This document shows positions 24,755 through 37,584 of a DNA stretch of 64,000 nt, piece by piece; within the stretch, counting starts at the first letter, position 1, and each line of letters opens with the position of its first letter. The position numbers and the translations under genes were made by a program. The stretch comes from Squalus acanthias (Eukaryota): NCBI GenBank assembly GCA_030390025.1, contig CM059431.1, positions 103,480,001-103,544,000 of the forward strand, in the 5' to 3' direction. The notes beneath the pieces are model-generated. The model was not told the origin of the DNA, did not search any database, and saw nothing but the letters and a program-made list of their open reading frames with translations.

Positions 24755-25197
24755 CTGCTGTGGCTCAGTTGGTTTCTGAGTCTAGAAGATTGTGGGTTCA
24801 AGTCCCCACTCCAGAGATTTGAGCACAGAATCTAGGCTGCCACTCCCAGTGCAGTACTGAGGGAGTGCTGCACTGTCGGAGGTGCCGTCTTTTGGATGAG
24901 ACGTTAAACCGAGGCCCATCTGCTCTCTCAGGTGGACGTAAAAGATCCCACGGCCACTATTTTGAAGAAGAGCAGGTGAGTTCTCCCCGATGTTCTGCCC
25001 AAAATGTAACCCTCAACCAACATCATTAAAACAGATTATCTGGTCATTATCACATTGCTGTTTGCGGGAGCTTGCTGTGCGTAAATTGTGGCTGCCGCGT
25101 TTCCTACATTACAACAGCGCCTACACTTCAAAAAGTACTTCACTGGCTGTAAAGCGCTTTGGGATGTCCTGAGGTTGTGAAAGGCGCTGTATAAATG
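24755..25197 (+). mobile_element. Deu-domain SINE
   Basis: Head, body and tail present. Confidence 0.87.
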
Positions 25198-25569
25198 AAT
25201 AGTTCAGTCGAGTTTTCCAAATGGTAGAAAAAGAGAAACGTTTTTCGGTTCTCAAATGGTTGGAAGCCAAGAGCAGCTTTATTCTGAAGCAAAGTTTCTA
25301 AAGAATGTACAATGAAGTGGAAATCAATGACTCCGGCATTGTGTTACCAGCAGCAAGATTAAAAATAAATCAGAGCGTGCCTGGTCCATTAAGTAACAGC
25401 ATAGATAAGATAAAGTAAAGAACACAGAAATAAAGAAGCACTCATATCTTTCTGATATATTTTCCAAGCTATGTAAAAATAAAACTGCTAGGGCCCATTG
25501 TTATTGCCATGGATGTCAGCTCAAAATTGTGACTATTGCAACTGCTCATTATTTTACTTGTAAACATCA

Positions 25570-26198
25570 AAAACAACAACAACAACTTGTATTTATATAG
25601 CGCCTTTAATGTAGTAAAACGTCCCAAGGCGCTGCACAGGTGTATTTTAAGACAAAAAATTGGACACCGATCCACATAAGGATAAATTAGGGCAGGTGAC
25701 CAAAAGCTTGGTCAAAGAGGTAGGTCTTAAGGAGCGTCTTAAAGGAGGAGAGAGAGGTAGCGAGGCGGAGAGGTTTAGGCAGGGAGTTCCAGAGCTTAGG
25801 GCCCAGGCAACAGAAGGCACAGCCACCGATGGTTGAGCGATTATAATCAGGGATTCTCAAGAGGCCAGAATTAGAGGAGCGCAGTTATCTCGGGGGGGTT
25901 GTGGATCTGGAGGAGATTACAGAGATAGGAAGGGGCGAGGACATGGAGGAATTTGAAAACAAGGATGAGAATTTTGAAATCGAGGCGCTGCTTAACCGGG
26001 AGCCAATGTAGGTCAGCGAGCACAGGGGAGATGGGCGAACGGGACTTGGTGCGAGTTAGGACACGGACAGCCGAGTTTTGGATGACCTCAAGTTTACGTA
26101 GGGTGGAATGTGGGAGGCCAGCCAGGAGTGCGTTGGAATAGTCAAGTCTAGAGGTAACAAAGGCATGGATGAGGGTTTCAGCAGCGGATGAGCTGAGG
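25570..26198 (-). mobile_element. L2-type LINE 3' fragment
   Basis: [24 protein letters not shown]...LHWLPV...FKIL, with (TTG)n tail. Confidence 0.9.
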
Positions 26199-26942
26199 CA
26201 TTTATGACAGTACAAAATGGCACTGAGCAACTGCTGATCCTTGATTATTTTAACGCACGCCTTAATTTCTCATGCCCCTTTACCGTCTGACTTCCCTGTA
26301 CCCCAGTCCTCATTTAGCCTCACCCTACATGTCAACTTTGCCACCCGGAGTGATGGCACTCCCATCCCTCCTGGCTCCACGATAAGGTACTCTGCTTACG
26401 AACCCAACCCCAGTCCGAGCTGTCCGATCTTGGTTGCCTGTCGGGACTAGCGAGCTGCCTCTTGGGATCGCTGGTAAACAAACATGGCTTCCGGACCACT
26501 TTCCCCGCGGTCCTGCCTCCAGCCTCATTGGGCGCGTGCAGCGAGGGCACGGCACAGGGATTGCGCCCCGAAGCTGGGGGGGGGGGGGCGGCACCATCCA
26601 ATGTCTAGGCAATGAAGTTCGCCCTGGGAACTTTGAGCAGCGATATCACTCCTGTGCCACCTTATTAACGTGAAAAGAAATTGCAGCCACGTGGTAAAGA
26701 GGTGGCTGGAACCTGCATTTATGGAGTTTCCGCTTTGGGCGCAGACGGGAAATTGGGTGCAAATTGCGCTTGTAATTGCTCTGATTTTCCAAAGTGAAGT
26801 TATGGTTCAATTTTGCATAGTCACAAATGTAACACCTTCCATGAACCAGCACAATTGGGCTGTGTGTTAGAACGGAGTCTTTGCATTGAAGAGTATTCCT
26901 TGATGTGCTTAAGAGCGGTAACCTGGTGCAGTTTTATTAATA

Positions 26943-27680
26943 TAAAAAAAAGACTTGCATTTATATAGCGCCTTTCACGACCACCGGACGTCTCAAAGCG
27001 CTTTACAGCCAATGAAGTACTTTTGAAGTGTAGTCACTGTTGTAATGTGAGAAACACAGCAGCCAATTTGCGTACAGCAAGCTCCCACAAACAGCAATGT
27101 GATAATGACCAGATCATCTGGTTTTTGTGATGTTGGTTGAGGGATAAATATTGGCCCAGGACACCGGGGAGAACTCCCCTGCCCTTCTTCAAAATAGTGC
27201 CCATGGGATCTTTTCCATCCACCTGTGAGGGCAGCTGGGGCCTCGGTTTAATGTCTCATCCGAAAGACGGCACCTCCAGCAGTGCAGCGCTCCCTCAGTA
27301 CTGCTCCTCCGACAGTGCGGCGCTCCCTCAGTACTGCCCCTCCGACAGTGCGGCACTCCCTCAGTACTGCCCCCTCCGACAGTGCAGCGCTCCCTCAGTA
27401 CTGCCCCCTCCGACAGTGCAGCACTCCCTCAGTACCGCCCCTCCGACAGTGCAGCACTCCCTCAGTACTGCCCCTCCGACAGTGCAGCACTCCCTCAGCA
27501 CTGCCCCTCCGACAGTGCAGCACTCCCTCAGTACTGCCCCCTCCGACAGTGCAGCACTCCCTCAGCACTGCAGTGTCAGCCTAGATTTTATGTGCACAAG
27601 TCCCATGGAGTGGGATTTGAACCCACAGCCTTCATGACTCAGTAGGCGAGAGTGCTACCCACTGAGCACAGCTGACAGCT
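26943..27680 (-). mobile_element. Deu-domain SINE with internal tandem expansion
   Basis: Complete SINE with a 33-34-bp array in its body. Confidence 0.88.
27276..27572. repeat. Minisatellite, ~9 x 33-34 bp (CCGACAGTGCAGCACTCCCTCAGTACTGCCCCT)
   Basis: Head-to-tail units with no unique spacers. Confidence 0.95.
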
Positions 27681-28142
27681 GAAAATGGGATTATCACAAA
27701 AAATAAGCATTTTTAATCAGAGTGTCTAGTCCACCACCTGTGAGTAATCTGATTTAAAATAATTGAAAATGACTGAAAAACACTATACAGATCCATTTAC
27801 CAGTTTCATTGGTGTACACTTGGCAGTCTCTTAGTAAATTAAATCTTTTTTTAATATTTAAAAACTTTTTAAAGCGTGCCGACTGGTGCCCGTGCGCCTG
27901 AGAAAACCGGCTTAATTTGAAGAGCCTTCCCCAACCAGCGCGATTGGCGGAAACTCGCCGTGCTCGTTACTTCGATCTGGGGGCTCAGCCAGTTTTTACA
28001 CGGCGGGACGGTCTTCGGGCGAAACGGTTTTTAAACCAGCGTTAAAGATCGCGGCAACTCGATTGACGCCGGGCGTAGCTTACGTTTAAAATGCCCCGCT
28101 CTTTTGCGCTGGTTCGGCAGATTCTGCCTCTTTTGCGCCGAG

Positions 28143-28437
28143 TGCTCTCTCAGGTGGGCGTAATAGATCCCACGGCCACTATTTTGAAGAAGAGCAGGGG
28201 GAGTTCTCCCGGTGTCCTGGGCCAATATTTATCCCTCAATCAACATCACTAAAAAACAGATTATCTGGTCATTAACACATTGCTGTTTGTGGGAGCTTGC
28301 TGTGCGCAAAATGGCTGCCGCATTTCCCACATTACAACAGTGACTACACTCAAAAGTACTTCATTGGCTGTAAAGCGCTTTGACACGTCCGGTGGCCGTG
28401 AAAGGCGCTATAGAAATGCAAGTCTTCCTTTTTCTTT
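28143..28437 (+). mobile_element. Deu-domain SINE, 5'-truncated
   Basis: 3' body and tail. Confidence 0.85.
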
Positions 28438-29309
28438 ATAAGACCGGTACAAACTAACGGAAACTCTACCCCTCTGTATTTTTCTCATAATTGTATTTCA
28501 GAATGGTGACAATTTCGACATCCAATGCACTCGGTTTTGTTGCCAGGAGTGATTAGGGAGCGATTCCGGCCCAATAGATATCTTACTGCATGTAACTGAT
28601 CATTCTAAATTAAATGGCCTGTTAATTACTACACCAGGTTTATATTTAAATACATTTCCTCAGCCTTCCATTAGAGTTCAAATCTTTCTTTTTGTTTGTT
28701 ACCTTAATTTAATACTTTATTTTCTCTAGCTTTATCTTCAGCAAATGAAATCCAGTGGCAGATTTAAAAGCCCTCCATTGGGATGGTGGTTGGGGATGCT
28801 TTGATTTCACGCCAGTGGCAAAAGGTTAATTAAGACTAATGTCTGTTGAGGGATAGATCGTTAAAATTATCACTGAAAACTCACAGACTTGATTTCGGGT
28901 TTAAATAGTATTCCTTGATGCCGGATAAGCAATGTCGTTGCTCTCGTGTACTGTCTATTTTTTTTTTTAACTCTTCACAACTTTACTGAGAATTATTACA
29001 CACTTTGCCTTAAAATTGCTTTAAGCAATAATATTAATTTGTTGGGAGTGTATGAGCCAATAAGTGGCTCAGGTGGGTGACTGGATGCTGAGACCACAGG
29101 CCAAGGTAATTCATTGAAGAGGAGATGCCATTTATTACCAAAGACCAAGAAAAGGAGGTTATTGTTATTTTCTGATATTTTCGGCATTAACTTTATTGGG
29201 TTGATTTTGCAATGGTGGAGAGATCGCTTTCTGCGGAGGGAGGGGGAGCTTGTAGTAATCTCAGGAGATTGCTGATTCAAGGCACTCAACCAGGCTGACA
29301 CTTCAATGA

Positions 29310-29900
29310 CACTTCTAGACTTGACTATTCCAATGCACTCCTGGCCGGCCTCCCACGTTCTACCCTACGTAAACTTGAGTTCATCCAAAACTCGGCTGTC
29401 CGTGTCCTAACTCGCACCAAGTCCCGTTCGCCCATCACCCCCTGTGCTCGCTGACCTACATTGGCTCCCGGTGAAGCAGCGCCTCGATTTCAAAATTCTC
29501 ATCCTTGTTTTCAAATCCCTCCATGGCCTCGCCCCTCCCTATCTCTGTAATCTCCTTCAGCCCCACAAACCCTTCTGAGATATCTGCGCTCCTCTAATTC
29601 TGCCCTCTTGAGGATCCCTGATTATAATCGCTCAACCAATGGTGGCCATGCCTTCTGTTGCCTAGGCCCCAAGCTCTGGAATTCCCTGCCTAAACCTCTC
29701 CGCCTCGCTACCTCTCTCTCCTCCTTTAAAACGCTCCTTAAAACCTACCTCTTTGACCAAGCTTTTGGTCACCTGCCCTAATTTATCCTTATGTGAATCG
29801 GTGTCAAATTTTTTGTCTTAAAATACTCCTGTGAAGCGCCTTGGGATGTTTTACTACGTTAAAGACGCTATATCAATACAAGTTGTTGTTGTTGTTGTTG
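29310..29900 (+). mobile_element. L2-type LINE 3' fragment
   Basis: Near reverse complement of 25570-26160, with (GTT)n tail. Confidence 0.9.
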
Positions 29901-30051
29901 ACATCCGACTGCAGGGTCAGAACCCCTACCCCCTTCAGAAAGACCCTGTTGTCTGCTCTAGAGGGTCAGGTGGGTGTTAAACATATCTGAATAAAAAGAA
30001 AGAGCAGGACGTCCTGCTGGTGACCTGGCCAAAACTCTCCCCTCAACCCCT

Positions 30052-30476
30052 TAGGCTGGGGTTGTTTTCCTCAGAGCAGAGAAGGCTGAGGGGGGGGGGA
30101 CCTGATTGAGGTGTACAAAATTATGAGGGGCATAGATAGGGTAGATAGAAAGGAACTTTTTCCCTTAGTAGAGGGGTCAATAACATGGGGACATAGTTTC
30201 AAGGTAAGGGGCAGGAGGTTTAGAGGGGGTTTGAGGAAAAACTTTTTCACCCAGAGGGTGGTTGGAATCTGGAACTCACTGCCTGAAAGGGTGGTAGAGG
30301 CAGGAACCCTCACAACATTCAAGAAGCATTTAGACGAGCACTTGAAACGCCATAGCATACAAGGCTATGGACCAAGTGCTGGAAAATGGGATTAGAATAG
30401 ACAGGGCTTGATGGCCGGCGCGGACACGATGGGCCGAAGGGCCACTTTCTGTGCTGTATAACTCTATGACTCTATA
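30052..30476 (+). mobile_element. CR1 3' fragment
   Basis: ORF 30111..30395 plus (ACTCTATG)n tail. Confidence 0.88.
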
Positions 30477-30887
30477 GGACCACCAAGAACAGATTAGAAG
30501 GCCATTGCTATTTGTGGGGTCTTGGTGTGTGCAAAGTAGCCGTCACATTTCCTTACATCCCTGTACATCAAAGTAATGTGAAGTGCTTTGAGACATTTCC
30601 AAGATAAATGGCGAGACAATATATAAATGCACGGCTTTCTTTTGTCCATTCAAACGTATAAATTTTCTGTCAGCGGTATTATGGAGTTTTTCTGTCAAAA
30701 ATAAAGAATGTCATTAGTGGAAGCAGAAAGGAATGACATGTAGCCCCGGAGTGAAGGGCAGGCTTGAAAATAGGAGCCAGAGCTATGCCATTGTGACCAA
30801 AGTGGCTCCAGCCACGTTTTGCAAGGTGAAGCATTTCTTTCAAAAGAAAAACCTGTTGTGATGTAAACGGCTGCTTGTTTTTTCTTG

Positions 30888-31697
30888 ATGCGGAGATGCC
30901 GGTGTTGGACTGGGGTGGACAAAAATGAGAAGTCGCACAACACCAGGTTATAGTCCAAAACAGTTTTATTTAAAATTACGAGCTGCTGCCCCTTCATCAG
31001 GTAGAGGTACAGTGAGGGAATCTATTACACAGAATATAAACACAGAGAGCAATTTGTCTGCAGAGATACAATCTGTTAGGGAGGCATTACATCAAAGACA
31101 CATCAGAGTACAGCTAAGACAATGAGGTGGGTCACAGGGGGTCCAACGTGTCAAATGCTGCTGTCTGCAGTTCAGCTTTTAACTTTTTTTTTTGTGGTTT
31201 TTTTTGGGGTTTTTTTTGGTGTTTTTTTTTTAAAAACTGGAAAGACAGACAACGATGTCGAGTCACGTTCTGTAGCGTGACATGAACCCGAGATCCCTAT
31301 TGAGGCCGTCCTCATGGGTGCGGAACTTGGCTATCAGTTTCTGTCTTTCGTCAACAGCGTTGTCTGTCTTTCCAGTTTTAAAAAAAAACCAAAAAACCCC
31401 CCCCCCAAAAAAACACAAAAAAAAAGTTAAAAGCTTAACTGCAGACGGCAGCATTTGACACGTTGGACCCCCTGTGACCCACCTCATTGTCTTAGCTGTA
31501 CTCTGATGTGTCTTTGATGTAATGCCTCCCTAACAGATTGTATCTCTGCAGACAAATTGCTCTCTGTGTTTATATTCTGTGTAATAGATTCCCTCACTGT
31601 ACCTCTACCTGACGAAGGTGCAGCAGCTCCGAAAGCTCGTAATTTTAAATAAAACTGTTGGACTATAACCTGGTGTTGTGCGACTTCTCATTTTTGT
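30888..31697 (-). mobile_element. Penelope-like element, 5'-truncated with inverted terminal repeat
   Basis: ~340-bp inverted arms around a GIY-YIG C-terminal remnant (QKLIAKFRTHEDGLNRDLGFMSRY). Flanking direct repeat TTGTTTTTTCTTG. Confidence 0.85.
31606..31641 (+). ncRNA. Minimal type I hammerhead ribozyme motif (one stem II mismatch)
   Basis: UAC-CUGACGA-A-GGUGC-AGCA-GCUCC-GAAA-GC-UC-GUA. Confidence 0.55.
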
Positions 31698-32639
31698 TTT
31701 TTCTTGTACATGTCCTTTTTCTCTCCGTCTACCCTATCAAATCCTTTCATTATCGTAAAGACCTCCATCAGGTCACCCCTCAGCCTTCTCTTTTCAAGAG
31801 AAAAGAGCCCCAGCCTGTTCAGCCTTTCCTGATAGCTATAATGTTTGTGGCTAATAAGCACTTATTTAGATAGTCAGAACAATCTTTTGCCTCTTATTGC
31901 TGTAGTCAAAGTAGAACATCATTCAGTGCAATGTGGCAATATTTCTGCAGTTCATATCGCAAAGGACGATCCGAACAAGAGTAGTGTTTTAGAATAACAA
32001 ATGAAATGTCCTGAGAAAGACATTCATAACATTGTGCAGATTCTGTAACCGTGGATTCTTTGGAAATGCGCTGGCTGGTGCTTCCTCAGATGTGCTAGAA
32101 AGATGACCTCAGAACAGTAGATATGTTAATGTGAACTTTCAAAAGGACTAATAAACTGCACGAAAGCTGGTGAGAATTTTTCACAGCACAATATATGTTT
32201 TAGTGGACATTCCATTTTGGCATCTATAACTCCCGAATGTTCCCTTCCTATGATTCCAGCCTTCCGTGCACTCCTTCTCCCTTCTCCTCATCATTGGTGG
32301 CAAAATGTTAAGCCACCTCAGTCCAATTCTTTGGAACTCTCTTTCTAAAGCTGTCTGCCTCTCCACCTTTAAGAACCTCCTCTAGACTCATCTCTCTGAC
32401 CCAACTCGTGGTCACCCCCTGCAAATCTCTCCTTTCCAGCTTGGCGTCCAGATTGGTGAAGCAATGTCGGACATTAACGGTGCTTTATAAGCGCAAGTTG
32501 TTGCTGATCATAATGTACAAAACGTACGTTACTGTGCGGATAATGCTGCTCATCTAGTCCTAAATGTACCTGCACCCAAATGAGTGACCTCACATGCTAT
32601 TGTGAGCTCGGCTCATGTGAGATTTTCCACTGAAGGTAC

Positions 32640-33010
32640 TCCAGTGCAGCGCTGAGGGAGTGCCGCTGTGTCGGAGGTGACGTCTCTCAGGTGAGACACT
32701 CAACCGAGGCCCCGCTTTCCCTCTCAGGTGGACGTAAAAGATCCCACGGCACTATTTCGAAGAAGAGCAGGGCAGTTATCCCCGCTGTCCTGGTCAATAT
32801 TTATCCCTCAACCTACATCACTACAAAGACAGATTATCTGGTCATTATCACGTTGCTGTTTGTGGGACCTTGCTGTGCGCACATTGGCCGCCGCGTTCCC
32901 TTACGTTACAGCAGCGACTGCACTTCAAAAGTACTTCATTGGCTGTAAAGCGCTTTGGGACGTCCTGAGGTTGTGACAGGCGCTATAGAAATGCAAGTTC
33001 TTCTTCTTGC
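32640..33010 (+). mobile_element. Deu-domain SINE, 5'-truncated
   Basis: Body and tail. Confidence 0.83.
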
Positions 33011-33677
33011 ATTGCTCCTGAGGCACTGGGGCCCCACTGATGTTGAGGGGCGCATGACTTCCAGTGCCAGCATTGTCAACCATGGCTGAGAAGAGCAGGA
33101 ACGGGAATCCCGTGGGACTCAATTTTGAGATGGGGATTGCGGGAGAGTCTGCCCGAGTCTAACGGAGCGGCAATGAACTTAATGTTCAGTTTGGCTAGAT
33201 TCGTGATTGTGCCAAGAAGGAATGCTCTGTTTTATGTGGGGAGGAGAGTAAACCTAAAAGGGTATTTTTAATATAAGCTAAAAGATCATTCTAAGACTCT
33301 GGGGATGTTCTATTCAGAAAGGAATTTAAAGATGGTATTTTATGATCAATTTTTAAAGTACAACAGGTTAGTGTGTGTCACTGGAGACAAATTAAACTTC
33401 AGTTACTGATGATAAGTGGTGGAGGAATGATAGAATGCAGAGTGGCAGAATGGATTTGTATGATACACTGGCATAATCATAATGTTGTAAATGTTTTTAA
33501 TGTTGAATAAATCCAAATTTTTTTAAAAAGTGAGTAGCACCCCCCACATCTCAGTCAGAAGGTTGTGGATTCAAGTCCCACTCCAGGTACTTGAGCACAA
33601 AAATCTAGGCTGACACCCTGGTGCCGCACTGAGGGAGTGCCACACTGTCACAAGTAATGTATTTTAGATGAGAGCCT

Positions 33678-34120
33678 AGAATCATAGAAATTTACAGCAC
33701 CAGAGGGAGGCCATTCGACCCATCTTGTCCGTGCCAGCCAACAAAGAGCTCTCCACCCTAATCCCACTTTCCAGCACTTGGTCCGTAGCCCTGCAGGTTA
33801 CAGCATCCCAAGTGCATATCCAAGTACTTTTTAAATGTGATGAGGGTCTCTGCCTCTACCACCCTTTCAGACAGCGAGTTCCAGACCCCTCCCCACCCTC
33901 CGGGTGAAAAAGTTTCTCCTCAAATCCCCCTCTAAACCTCCAACCAATTACTTTAAATCTATGTTCCCTGGTTATTGACCTCTCTGCGAAGGGAAATAGG
34001 CCCTTCCTATCCACTCTATCGAGGCCCCTCTGCCTCCTCTGTTCCAAAGAAAAGAACCCCAGCCTATCCAATCTTTCCTCATAGCTAAAATTCTCTAGCC
34101 CAGGCAACATCCTCGTAAAT
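33678..34120 (-). mobile_element. CR1 3' fragment (SINE head fragment adjacent at ~33530-33675)
   Basis: FTRMLPGLENFSYEERLDRLGFFSLEQRR... Confidence 0.85.
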
Positions 34121-34279
34121 TTCTTCAATAGAAATTGGAACGTGTTCGAAAAGGGGGCGCGATCCCGCTGCCGCGCACATTGCACGCGCCTCAAGAAAAT
34201 GGTGGCAGAAATGCGGGAAATTGGTCTGCCGGCCTCATTTGTTTATTATCGACGACACTTCAAAAAGTACTTCAACAAA

Positions 34280-34410
34280 TACGAAAGGAAAACACTGCGG
34301 ATGCTGGAAATCTGAAATAAAAACAGAAGATGCTGGAAACACTCAGCAGGTCAGGCAGCATCGGTGGAGAGAGAAACAGAGTCAACGTTTCAGGTCGATG
34401 ACCTTTCGTT
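34280..34410 (-). mobile_element. Penelope-like terminal-repeat fragment inserted in a SINE tail
   Basis: SINE tail CTTCAAAAAGTACTTCA resumes after the insert (…TTGTCTGTAAAGCG). Confidence 0.7.
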
Positions 34411-34876
34411 ACTTTATTGTCTGTAAAGCGTTTTGGGACGTCCTGAGGTGGTGAAAGGTGCTGTAGAAATGCATTACGTGCATTAATATAAATATATCCA
34501 CCTTTCATGTGGAAAAGTCTCAAAATACTTCGAAAAATATCAACTGGTAAGGAAGCTTAAAAAATTCCCAGAAAGTGAAAGATACCATTTCTGGTTTGTG
34601 CATCCAAGTATTAACCAGGCCTGACTCTACTTAGTTTCATGAGATCAGGCATGTCCATATTAGTGTGGCTGCAGGCATAAGCTCACTTTGGTTTCCTTTA
34701 GTTAAAGGCTTCCTGTTTTTTTCTGTTTGTTACTAGCTTAATTTCTTGTTCTGTTTTGTCGCACTCTGTCTTGACCCCTTCTCTTCATTTGCCAACAAGG
34801 CCCAGCTCCATTCGACACCACTCAAACACTGTGCGTGCCGCTCACTGTATCATCTACTGCCAGCCTACTCTGAGGA

Positions 34877-35248
34877 GTGAGCCTTTGGCACAGTGGTAGA
34901 GTTCCCGCCGCTGGGCCAATGAGTGCAGGGTTTGAACCCCGTTCCAGACAGTCCGGGCGAGTGGAGTCTGAGCTCCGGCTTTTGAATTCTGGGTTGAGAC
35001 CCAGCGGGATACTCGAGTCCGGTGGGTGTGGGTGGCCTCCCCCTCATTGTATGGGCTGTGGGAGCCCATAAAACCCTCCCGCCGTATAGGATCTAACCAC
35101 CCTATCGGCTGACATAAAGATGGCTATGGCCGTGGAAGGAGTGTTAGCGTGGCCAGTCAGACTGTTAACCGGCCTGTGACTCCTTCCACTACTTCACACT
35201 GTTCCCCAACAGGAACAGTGTGAGAAGATATGAAAGTGATGATGATCC
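34877..35248 (+). mobile_element. tRNA-derived SINE of a third family
   Basis: A box TGGCACAGTGG, B box GGTTTGAACCC, two strong 3' hairpins and a (GAT)n tail. Confidence 0.65.
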
Positions 35249-35388
35249 TCCTCTGATCTTCCTCACTTCCCCAACCTGATGGTCTCCGTAACAAACCATA
35301 GAATGGAATGTACTAAACCTAATGGAATGGAAAAATGGCCAAATCTAACTGCACTGCATTGGTGAATAGTTTCAAAGCTTTTCAAAGC

Positions 35389-35851
35389 AGTGTCAGCTGT
35401 GGCTCAGTTGGTAGCACACTCGCCTCTGAGTCAGAAGGTTGTGGGTTCAAGTTCCACTCCACAGGACTTGAGCATATAAAGCTAGGCTGACGCTCCCAGT
35501 ACAGTGCTGAGGGAGTGCCGCACTGTCGGAGGTGCCGTCTTTCGGATGAGACCTTAAACCGAGGCCCCGTCTGCTCTCTCAGTTGGACGTAAAAGATCCC
35601 CATGGCAACTATTTCAAAGAAGAACAAGGGAGTTATCCCCTGTGTCCTGGCCAATATTTATCCCTCAACCAACATAACAAAAACAGATTATCGGATCATT
35701 ATCACATTGCTGTGGGAGCTTGCTGTGCGCAAATTGGCTTCCTACATTACAACAGTGACTCCACTTCAAAAAGTACTTCATTGGCTGTAAAGCGCTTTGA
35801 GACATCCAGTGGTCGTGAAAGGCGCTATATAAATACAAGTCTTTCTTTCTT
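35389..35851 (+). mobile_element. Deu-domain SINE, full length
   Basis: Head GTGGCTCAGTTGGTAGCAC...GGTTCAAG, body and tail. Confidence 0.9.
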
Positions 35852-36376
35852 TTATAGTTTTAAAAAAAAACTTTTAAAGAAGGCAAATTTTCAATTGAAC
35901 ATAGACATCCATTAGACCAGTCTGAAAATGTCACTCGATAGTGGAAAACTTCTGTTTGTTTCATAAGCTCCTAATGAGCACTTCCTGTGACATCAGCAGC
36001 AAGGTTCAAGACTGAATGCAACAATGGGCAAAGGGAAAGGATATCAACCTACAATCAAAGGAATTCCCAAACTCGCCGGTTGTATTGCACTTGGAGTAGA
36101 ATTTACTGTCGTACTTTATAGAAATATCGGTTCACTAAAATAGCAAAGGGGATTTCGGAGCTTGAAGATCACAAATGACAGAGGCACTCATTTGGTTTCA
36201 AGGTATATCAATATTTCTGTGGGCAAGCTATTTCTCTAGCCCAGCATCTTGACAATGATATTCAGAGCAGGTCCTCTAAAAGAGGATGAAGAGATGATTT
36301 AAAACACCAAGCATTGCAGGCTGGATGCAGTAAGAGCCTCAGAAACGCATTAATGGACTAGAGATGGTGGTACAAT

Positions 36377-36563
36377 AGCAAAATACTGCGGATGCTGGAA
36401 ATCTGAAATAACAACAGCAAGTGCTGGAAACACTCAGCAGGTCAGGCAGCATCGAGGAGAGAGAGAAACAGAACCCTGAAGGGTTCGACCCAAAATGTTG
36501 ACTCTGTTTCTCTCTCCTCGATGCTGCCTGACCTGCTGAGTGTCTCCAGCACTTGCTGTTATT
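36377..36563. mobile_element. Inverted Penelope-like mini-element
   Basis: ~60-bp near-perfect inverted arms around a degenerate hammerhead-like core. Confidence 0.72.
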
Positions 36564-37584
36564 GGAGACCTTGTGTGTATTCAAGGCACTGTGCAATGAT
36601 GTGTGCAAAACATGTATACCATTAAGATTGGATAGTATGCTAACAGGATCTTATGTGATTAACACAAGAAGGATTATCTTCAGAAAATGCAATGCAATAA
36701 TGAGAGAAATATGGCTATGGTGCATGAAAAGAAAAGGTACTTACTTTAATGTGTTCTGCAGTTTTTTTCAGCTTGATTAATCACCATTCACTGCAAATTG
36801 AGGAAGATCAAATGGAGAGATTGATCATAATAACTATTTGGACAACCCTGTCACAGTCTCCTTGTCTATTAACTATTCACTGTCTGACAGCATCCCACAA
36901 GAAGTCATCTTCTAGTGCTTTGCCATTACAGAAAGGCTTGTTTACTGAGAGAAAATAAAAGTATTGTATTGACGTTATGCAAACTCCCCAAGTTTCACAA
37001 AGAGGTCAAGCTGCTACTCAGAGAGATCACACCAACGCAGCACGCAATGTATCTTAATTAGTGGACAGTTTTCTGTCATGCACGGGTCACTGATCCAATT
37101 GAAATCTCTGCAGAAATGTTTAGAGTTATTAAATGACCTTTATGAGCGTGGGCCATAATAAAGTGTGATCAATACAGTAACTGTTCCTCCTGGCCTCAAT
37201 CACACTACAAAGAGGGGAGACCGCAGACCTTCAATAATTGGATTTCTCATAAAGATATTTTCTTCAGTAGGCAGACTGAATAACATTTCTGATGCATTAA
37301 TATTGTTCTCGGTTATTTATGAATTTGAAGTGTTAACAGGTGGGGTCAATCGAGAGCACCTGGCGCCGGGATTTCTGATGCATGCCTTTGGTGGGTGAGA
37401 TATCTTGTCAGCGGCATGGAGTTAGAATATTATCCACACTGCTCTCTCTGAAAGACACGTTCAAATCAGTAACATTACAGGATCTTGTAACTCCGCCCCG
37501 GCTCAGCTCATCTGCGCCTTTGTTACCTCTAGGCTTGACGTTTCCAACGCACACCCCTGCCCAGCCTCCCATCTTCCGCCCTAC

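Larger units (their letters stand above)
26718..28472. mobile_element. Probable Harbinger-type MITE carrying two nested SINEs
   Basis: Left GGAGTTTCCG and right CGGAAACTCTACCCC, with a CpG-rich subterminal segment at 27875-28142. Confidence 0.45.

Noticed and set aside
27276..27572. CRISPR-like 33-34-bp repeats
   Set aside because: No unique spacers, no cas genes, eukaryotic context; the unit is SINE internal sequence.
35389..35460. tRNA genes at SINE heads (also 5725, 9560, 24755, 34877)
   Set aside because: A/B boxes run directly into SINE bodies, with no complete cloverleaf.
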